A stretch of DNA of 50,294 nt, the filler included, from Circinaria calcarea (taxonomy: Eukaryota), in assembly GCA_051942165.1 (NCBI GenBank). It is 2 parts of 2 records of this genome, joined end to end, with 100 filler letters (N's around TTAATTAATTAA, not from the genome) between each part and the next. Parts side by side here need not be neighbours in the genome. Positions count along the whole stretch, not along the records: positions 25,214 to 50,294 come from JAVECS010000097.1; 1 more part is not named here. One strand, given 5' to 3'. Below are positions 41,413 through 50,294 of this stretch, piece by piece. Made by a program: the position numbers and the translations under genes. Within the stretch, counting starts at the first letter, position 1, and each line of letters starts with the position of its first letter. A model generated the notes under the pieces. The model was given only the letters and a program-made list of their open reading frames with translations, was not told the origin of the DNA and did no database searches.

Positions 41413-44400
41413 CTACACCAATGTACTGTCATTGAATAAGTCGACGATGAGATCGTCATAGCATGCTTTCCAGTCCGGCGCTTCCATGCTGTATGTACTC
41501 TCAAAGGCAAAGATACTCAGCTGGCGGAAGAATGGTCGAAGGACATGCTCCATTATCTCTTCTTTCTTGATACCTTTCGTCACAATCGAACTTAGCAGTG
41601 GTCGACGTTTGCCGGTCAAAGTAACATTGATCAGGGAATTAGTGTAAACATGAGACTCGCCACTAGAAGAGTCAAGTCCTTTAGCGAGTTCGTCGACTAG
41701 AGCAGCTGAGTTGCAGTCTTGGGGTCGATAGACTGCATCGGTTGTATCGGTAATGAACAGCCACTGGTGCATCTGGAAATCCTCCAAGCCTAAAGTCAGT
41801 AGAATGTCAAGCAATTTGCAGGCTTGAAGCAGGCATGATGCATCCAAGGCATCCTGAAGTTCCGATGGGAATGCGGAAGAAAGTGCATCGCGTAGTTCTG
41901 AATAAATGGTCGGCCAGAATGATGATAGATGGATCGCAGATGTCTTTAGCACCAATGCGCGGATAACCAGGTAGATCTCAGCGCGGGTGAGTGATGAGGG
42001 TGAAGAGGCGGAAGTGGCATTCATAAGATCGATTAGTTTTGCTTGTAAACCGGTCAGATTGACCACAAACGTATCGTCAGCAGCGGCGAGGATCAGGATA
42101 GCAATCCTTCGCAAGTTCAGCTGAGTCTTGCGATCTGCTTCGAGCCGAGCCGACGAGGCTCCTACACCAAAAACAAGTCCCGCTGCCGTTGGGGCTGCCA
42201 GGCGAGATATCAATTCAGGCATGCGCTCTTTGTCAGACAGCACCCAATGGCGCAGTACCGGCATCCAACCGGTTTCCACCAGCGTCAAGGAGCTAGCGAA
42301 GAATTTGGGATCGTTGAAAGATTCTGTAACGTCTTTCTTCCACGCCTTTGCAGCCTCTGGTATACTCCCAAGAGATATCAGCAAGTGCAAAGTGTGTATT
42401 GTTATATTTTCAGGGAATGCTTTCGACCGGAATGTCGGTACAAGTACCTGTGCCGAGATGATTGCGACTGTAGCAGCTACCCGGTCTGAATCTAGCAAGA
42501 TCTTTGATAACTTGGGAGTAATTATCGCTAGGACAGGCACAAGTCCGTCCAAGCTAGCTGATGTACGAAGGTCAAATGACCGACGGACGGTACTGGTTTC
42601 TGAGACACCTTTTTCCAAGGAATTTGTTGAAGGAGACTCATGAGAAAAGCCTATCGGTCTTATAGTCAAGGTAGCTGTGAGTAAACGTACAAACAGATCC
42701 TCGTATTGTTAGTGAATAGACAGCGGGCGAAAGTGGTTGTGTTCACTTACCCCTAACTCGCGCCTTAGTTTCCGCTGTTCTCCGAAACTAGTATTGTCGA
42801 CCTTCTCTCCGAGAATCGCAGTGAACTCGAGCAGTCTCGGTAGTGTTTGGCGGTGGGGCATAGGGTTGGCAAGCACATCTTTCAAGAAGGTCATACAATC
42901 CGTCCATATCTCGTCCATGGCGTCGTCATCTAAAGATTGAGCATACGAAACAAGAAAGGCGGAAAGATTAATATCTGAGAGGCTTGACGTTAAAGTAGAT
43001 TTCCGAACTGGGTCGAGGACGTTTGGATTGGTCCTGCTGTAGATTGCATCGAACACTGCAGGGATGGTATTTTTAGGTCTCGATCCGTCAAGGACATGTA
43101 ATAGGTTAATAATGGCCGCGGCATTTACCTCCGTGACAGACTGGCACCAAAGCTCGATAAGAGTCTCAAGACATTCCAAAGCTTCCGCAGCAAACAGATG
43201 CTCGAAAATACGACGTGTGCGGTTTCGTAATCGAAGAGTTGTATAGTTGAAAGAGGCTGCCGCCGATGTATCTCGTGGTGGACTATGACTTCCAAAATCA
43301 CCCCAGGACCAGATTCGGAAACAAATACGCACTGCATCCTTGAAGCAAAGAAGAACTGTTAGTCGGTTGTTGGCTGTCATGGTCCTTGATCTGTTCGTGT
43401 CGGACGCGAAAACGCCTGATACCATGTTGCCGAAAAACCCCTGTGGTGGTTCTGGACTCTTGATAGGTGTACTTAGAATCTCAAAAGTCATCAGTCGATC
43501 ATGTGCGGTTGCAAGAGATTGCTCAAGGCCGTTGAGTAGTAGTGAAATAGTCGGCTCAAGGGTCTCTGATATCTCGCTGCCGGAATCTTCAAAGACGGTT
43601 TGAATACTTTTAAGTGTGGAGTCCAAGGTACTGCATATACATTCAATAAGAGGAATTAGCACTTGGAATATGCTCTCAGCATATATGTGTAAGCATTGAT
43701 CAAGAAAGCTAACCCAGCTTTCAAGAACCGGACGATTACTCCCTGAAGTAAGACCAAGAGTTAAGCAGTGCATAAGCTTCGATGGCAAGGGTGGCGGATT
43801 CAATGAGGATACTCTTTGATCACCCTTCTCTGCCGTGATTGGGAGACCGGAGGACACTCTCGGGTTCTCCTTTGACGTAATACGTCGGTGCTGGATTGGT
43901 CGAGCAAGGCTCTCATCTGGAATGCGGGCCCTCAACGCTATAAGGATTGCATCTATCAAAGATGCTTGAAGCGGCAGTTCTGTATGCTCGATCGACCAAA
44001 TAAGCTCGTCAATAAGAGTTGTCTCTATACCTATCTCTAGGATTATGTTAGATGAAGGGCCAAGTAAGAATTGCCGGATCATTGATAACGCAATCTGATT
44101 TGCCTTGAAGGTGGCATTCGAAGCTCCTAATTGCCTTGAAAGTCGACTTCCTAATAGATTTAGGCATGTTCGCGAAAGGTAGACCTGTACAGGAGCACCA
44201 GATTCCTGGCTCTCTGTTTATATCATCAGCGTAATTCACTTGCCATAAGCACAGAAGGGGCTATGGTCAAATACTAACCGCTAGAGGGGCTGAAGCTGGT
44301 CAAGGATAGCCAGACGTTATTTGTGGAGTACTGCATCAAATGCAAGATAGTCTGAAGGTAGTACACAACTAGATCCAGATCATCGTAGTTGATATTAGAG

Positions 44401-47381
44401 ACCATCTCATCGCCCACGTCATCCTCAGAAGGAACGGACGAGTTTGATGAAAGCGTTTGCAAGCGGTAGATCAATACACCCAGAATTCTGTGGACGCTGT
44501 AAGAGATAAAATTCTGAAATGAGATGGATGGAGACGTACGCGTTCAAACTCGGCAACGACTGTAACCAGCTGGTGACAAACAGAAACAGCACACTCCTAG
44601 GATCCTCAAGCACGTCTAAGAGCAACAGTAGAGGGCGCTCTAATATCGAGAGCCCATGTTGACCTACCACTTCTGGTTCTACCGAATTACGTCTCGCTTG
44701 GAGAGCACTCGAACGTCGGTTTTGGGCTATAAGGGATGTCAGAGGACTATGAGCCCAGAGCGTCGCAAATCGTTGCGCTCCTTCGGTGTCTCTCATTACG
44801 CCATCGTCGTTTTGCCTATGTGGCATTATTAAACTTGCTAGAGTACTCTCTATTATTTGTCTATCAGGGAAGATGGACTGAAGCCGCCATATATAACGTG
44901 CCGCTTCAACGTTGTGTTTTGGTTTGGATGGTGATAGACTCGGCCAAAGCCCAACAATCAACTGTGGTATCAATTGACGTACCATACGATCAGGAATCCA
45001 AGAGCCGGACCTCACTTGCGGGGCGGTGAATATTATCTCAAGCGCTGACACTTTAGCCGCAGTTGTAGCGAAGTGATGGGCAGTATGTCCACGAAGTCCA
45101 GTCTCGTTTTGGTTGTTCAAAAGAGCGCTGTTGAATTTGGCCGTGTCGGTCGCTGGCAATTGGTTTCGCGGACCCATTCGAATTATCTTTGCGAAGATGG
45201 CCATGATTGTCTCATTGCAGGCTGCTTGAATGTCCGAATGTACCACGCGCGTCACGAGGCCCATCGACTGCTTTAGAAGTAGGGTTCCAAGTTCGTCCGG
45301 TGCAAAAGGTGGATTTACTAGGTCCAAATTGCCTTGATTTTTTGCATAGACATCCTCAACTTTTTTCAGGATCTCATCATCCTCAATGATCGGTTGTCTG
45401 GCTGGATCGGTGGAGACATCCCCTTCGGACATAACTAAGTCGGTAGCAAAAGCTCTTTCCGGAATGAGTTCTAGCAATTGGTATGCGATCTTGAGAGCAA
45501 GATACGCAACCGACGAGGGTTCCACTTCATGAGAGACATGTGATAGTTCCATGAACTTCTGAACACGCAGGAGTAATGTCAAACATGTCAGTGGCATATG
45601 GACGACCAACATCTCTTCTTCCCGTATATTGAAATTCGTGGCAATGAACATGACCATATTTAGTAACTCGAGAGAAGGGTTCCCACGGATATCGTACTGA
45701 TCGAGGGCACGGCCAACAACATTGAAAATCTCGCTCCAGATGAGGCCACTTTCAATGCCATCGAAGAACATATTAGCGCTGCGAAGAACTTCTGCATACG
45801 ACTCGCGTGATGGTGCAACATCTTGATATTGCCAGACACTTTTGATAGCTGGCAAAAAGACTTGGGGAATCACATATCCACCAATCTCCCATCTGTCCAT
45901 TAAGGATAAGCATACTCTCAGAGGACGAGCCCTTTCCACTGCAACGATGGGCCTTGCCTCAATCATCCCAAGAATGCCTTGCACTAGAGGACTGAGACCA
46001 TAGCGCTGGAAATAAAGTATTTCAGCTCCGGCAGATCCATGACCATGCGGGGTGGTAACATCAAATCCTGAGAGCTTTTTAAGAGCGGGCGAGTTATCGT
46101 TCGCCTCTCCAGGGGGCTCTGGACCCAGAAACCAAGCCCAAAGTCTTCGATTCAGACTCATGTCTCTACGAGTAACAACCAAAGATGCAGCTGCGACTAG
46201 TTTGACGAGGTCTTCTCTTACTATCTTGTACTGAAATACGGCGGAGTGTAGGGGCAAGTGAGTGACTAATAAGTCAAGGAAACCCCGTTGGATAAGAAGC
46301 TGACTGTCGCCAAGTCCAGCGCAGAAGCAGCGTATCAAAAGACCTGGGTCTGGAGATGTCACAGCTTCAACATCTGTTGGAAGTTTTAGCATATCGCTCT
46401 CTATATGTCCATTTGTCTCGAGTGATAAGCTTTCTAGTCCAGGGACACCTAAGTGCGGCAAATTTCGAGAGAGGTAAGCTAATGCCCCTGTCCTCCGACT
46501 TGAACTCGTAATCGATGACAGGAAGAGGCATTGCCAAAAAAATTGATGACCGTAAGGCACTGTATCCGGAACGTTTTCTCCATCCTGTCCCATGAGATCC
46601 TTGAATGCAGTTAGGATATTCATGGTACGTTCAAACTCCTCGCTAGATTCTTCCTCAAGACCTGGCAGGAGAGCTAGAATGACAGATCTTAGGGCTGGGC
46701 GTAGCGATCTAGGATCTAGAGTAAGAATAAAGTTTTCAAATAATGTCAACACAGCTGGCTTGACGGAGAGCGATGCAAATGACAAGACTGGAGTAAGGCC
46801 AGGAAGGTACAGTGACAGGTCCATGGACAACCTATCTCTCTGAAAAGCGGAGATCAGAGCAGAACGTAAAGAGCTGCTTGACCATAGGGTAGCTTACATA
46901 CTCCCAGTGAACTGAAAATGTACACATAAAGATCCAGTGTCTTCTGATGTACACCAGACGGCAATACCGGGTTTAGGCATTGCGAAAGCCGCCTTGCAAC
47001 GAGCGCCTTGTGTGGGATATCATCAATCCCAGCTGGCTTTGCTTGTAGTGCCTGGGGTCAATTAGCAGCCATTCATATCAAGTTTCCTTCTTAGTTCCTA
47101 TTACCTTGAGAAGACGCCCCAGGAATGAGATGTAATCCGCCCATTCTTCGAAGGCTGTATCGAACAATGATAGAACTCTTTCCACCCCGGAGGCATAGCG
47201 GCGATAGCCTTTGTCTTTTTTCGCCAGCGCTACCTCGTATGATCAGTACATGTGGCTGATTTCAGTCATTGAGAAACTGACCATCATCATCTCTATTCCG
47301 TGTCCTACCGTTGACGGAGAACGATTGTTCGGGGCTCAGAGGTGAATCGGATCGCTGAGGATTCTTCGTGCCCAAAGACAT
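41413..47381 (-). CDS. DOP1: Dopey/Dop1 (DopA) endosome-Golgi trafficking protein
   Basis: EWADYISFLGRLLKAL, RLSQCLNPVLPSGVHQKTL, LPGLEEES, LIQRGFLDLL, RRDMSLNRRLWAWFLG, LISRL..LNLRRIA, LQACKLLD, QWLFITDT; seven exons reconstructed. Confidence 0.95.
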
Positions 47382-47864
47382 GCTGAAATATCTTATTTTG
47401 ACTGGCACTCATCAAGATCGGCTTTTGTTTCCAGGCTCTAGATTCTAGTGCCCATAAAGCTCCCAACGATCTTATGTATCTGCCTTAGACCGATATTAGT
47501 AGTGACATTGGTGTAAATATGCTGTATCCGTAGCGTGTCGTGAAGCCTCGTATATCTATCTATTCACTCTGGCATGTGAGACAATTCCCCAGGGCCCTAG
47601 AGGAATCTACGCGGGATTGCCATCTTACAAGAAACCACACAAAACATCCCCGTATCACCAGAACGGGCGATTGTCATGGTTCTGGTAGGCACGCAGTAAT
47701 TTTATAGGAATGCCTCTTCGGAGCCCCACAGGAACTCAACCTCGTCCCTCTTCCTCCGGACTGAGGAACCCACCGCCATGAATCCTAGGTCTTGCTCTGA
47801 CCCATTAGCCTGAGCGCCGTGGCTTTGGGAGGACCAATTGACTGGAGCTACCGGTGGAGGCCTC

Positions 47865-50126
47865 ATGTCTACGGGCTTGGAACAGGCACCGTCAACGGAA
47901 GCTGCTAGCCAGCATCGCAAGTCTTCCACAGGTAGCGTAGGAAGTCGTTCATCGACAGCTCAGGAAGACAGTGGTTCGACTGATATTCAAAGTCAAGAGA
48001 CGATCAAGCAACAAAGTCGATCAATATCGCGTACCTCTGCTTCTGCAGCGGAACACGATGAACAGACTCTCAATGCAGAAGAGGCTCCACCTCCACTACC
48101 TCCCAGACCAATTAATCTCAACCTCCTCGGTGAGCGTAACAGCTCCGTAGGCAACAGTCTACAAGTACCAAAGCGATCTATAAGACCGCAGTTGCAGTCG
48201 CAAGCAACAATCGCTGTCTCGCGGACAGACATTCACACGCAATCGTATCCTGATGGATCACGAGAAACTTATGCAGGCTCCAACAACTCGACACCTTCGA
48301 GGAAGTCTTCGAGGCACCGAGGCTCGTTCAGACGTCTCAAAGGTCAAGGTGGGAGCGAGGGTGATGACTCTGGAAGTGTAATGAGCTATGCGCCAACTAT
48401 AGGGACGTCAGGAGATGTGGAAAGTCTACTGGGCGATGTGCTAGGAGTCAGTCAACAGAGCCCGGCATGGAAGCTCTTGAGCAGCCAGACCGAAAAAGCG
48501 GATCCCTTCAGCTTCCTACCTTTCGTGGATGAAGAGCCCACTGCAGACTTTAGCCGTGAATTCGACGAACTTGGGGAGCTAGATGAACAAGGCAATAATG
48601 AAGGCTAGTTAGACTCTCCAAGATACGTAGTAGCGTTACTAACAGACGGTAGAGGAGCTGTTGAATCTCTGGAAGTCTAAACGAAAGCACTTCCTCATCC
48701 TGTCTTCGGCCGGTAAACCCATCTACAACCGCCACGGTGACGATAATCTGATTTCTGGGTACATTGGAGTTATACAAACTATCATATCATTCTTCGAAGG
48801 TGCTCAAGACCAGCTAAGGGGCTTCACGGCAGGAGGCTCCCGATTTGTTATCATGACACAAGGGCCTCTATACCTAGTTGCTATCAGTAAGCTCGGAGAG
48901 AATGATGCCCAGTTACGCGTACAGCTCGATGCATTATATATGCAAATTCTTTCAACTTTGACATTGCCCACTCTGACCCACCTCTTCACGAATCGGCCGT
49001 CTACCGATCTCAGACGTCCTCTGCAGGGTACTGAGTCCTTACTTTCCGCCTTGGCCGATACCTTTACCCGCGGATCCCCCTCCACACTCCTATCTGCGCT
49101 TGAGTGCCTCAAGATCCGGAAGTCTCATCGACAAGTGATTAATAATACTATGCTCAAGGCCAAGTGTGAGACCTTGTTATATGGCTTGATCGTAGCTGGA
49201 GGGCGACTTGTCAGCGTTATCAGACCGAGAACTCACTCCTTGCATCCTGGCGATTTGCAACTGATCTTCAACATGGTATTTGAGGCCGGCGGTGTCAAAG
49301 CTGGGGGTGGCGATAACTGGATTCCTCTGTGCTTGCCAGGCTTCAACAAGAAAGGCTACTTGTACATGTATGTTAGTTTTCTCAGCGTCTACGACGATGA
49401 AGATCCCAGCCGCACCAGCAGCAATGAAGCGAAGAATGAGGACCAAGTTGCCATACTCCTTATCAGTGCAAACAAGGAAAGCTTCTATGAACTGAAAGCG
49501 ATGCGAGATTCTATTGTAGAGGTGTGTAACGATTTCTTGCCGTTCCATCGCAGCGCAGAGTGGCTAAATAATCTAGGATCTCGAAGGCAACGGCAGCCTG
49601 GCAATCATCAAGTCCGCCGTCCTTCAGGGGAGATATGTCGCCACCGACATCGTCCCCGGCACCGTCCTCCGGCATTTCCTCTACAAGTCCAGGGGCAACC
49701 TGCAATACGTGATGCCCTCCTACAAACCTCACTTCACCACCCTCCTCGCTCGGAGACGGTACAAATCATGCTCCCCCGGCTACATCTCCATACTAACCAA
49801 ACCCCGCAGACTCCTCTCCCTCTACCATACCCTCCACGCCAGCGTCCACGCCAAAATGGCCCACCTCAAAGTCCACCACTGCGTCAGCCGCGAGTCCATT
49901 TCTCTCGCCTGGGTGACGCCGCTCTTCGAACTCTATTGCGTGGCGGGACCGAACGCGAGTCGGAACGCGCTGGCGCAGAGCGCGAATAAGGTGGTGCAGT
50001 GGGTACGACGCGAGGAGGAACGGGTGTTTATCATTGGTGGTGCGGTAAGTTTTTTTTTCGAAGTTGCGCCGTAGAGGGATACGGTGATGGAAGGAATTGG
50101 CTAACAAGACTCTGTAGGTTTTTTGA
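47865..50126 (+). CDS. MON1: Vacuolar fusion protein Mon1 (Mon1-Ccz1 Rab7 GEF subunit)
   Basis: [66 protein letters not shown], ends VFIIGGA|VF*. Start at ATG 47865 is tentative; first intron is GC-AG. Confidence 0.93.
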
Positions 50127-50294
50127 GACAAAGGGTGGTCAGGTCGGCTAAGGGGGATTATGATGTAGAAACTCCCCTTGTCGGGAGTGTCTTAGTGGGG
50201 AGGGCCTTTGCTGTGAATAGAAATCCATTATCCAAATTCATAACTTGGTACACACCTACAAAGTAATCACCCAAGACCCCCTTTTCCCCTAAAC

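Noticed and set aside
44048..44239. Apparent frameshift in DOP1
   Set aside because: Resolved by a canonical intron (GTTAGT..GCTGAT..CAG) that joins in frame to ESQESGAPV..SMIRQF.
1..50294. tRNA, rRNA, snRNA, CRISPR arrays, intact transposons, secondary-metabolite backbone genes
   Set aside because: No such signatures were seen by eye; the remaining short ORFs in the track are antisense or out-of-frame shadows of the listed genes.

Overview
Gene-dense chromosomal DNA from a filamentous ascomycete (Pezizomycotina), judged from short GT-AG introns with CTRAC/CTRAT branch points; the exact taxon cannot be fixed from sequence alone. It holds about 21 protein-coding genes, mostly housekeeping: enoyl-CoA hydratase, RER1, peroxisomal catalase, ARL1, ARP8, PAF1, a Rib7-like fusion, RCC1, CDK11, NDUFAF7, an RfeD-like factor, Hrt3/FBXO9, MTM1, KAR9/MigA, acylphosphatase, a divergent FAD monooxygenase, DOP1 and MON1. 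Several spliced genes are missed or fragmented by the ORF track and were rebuilt by hand. A 100-nt N gap with a TTAATTAATTAA linker (25114-25213) splits the window and is preceded by a probable fold-back assembly artifact. The best leads are: (1) a spliced, Kex2-processed secreted protein whose 8 mature-region Cys are spaced like FOLD/SIX1-type effectors; (2) a roughly 2-kb minus-strand, apparently spliced and structured non-coding locus between RER1 and catalase, with an intronic H/ACA-like element; (3) a WRKY/GCM1-type (FAR1/MULE-like) Zn domain fused to a Rib7 reductase; (4) a gene beside an AT-rich block that is interrupted only by in-frame TAG codons (RIP leakage or A-to-I restorable); and (5) a GC-AG intron in MON1. 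Gene names come from motif recognition, not database searches.
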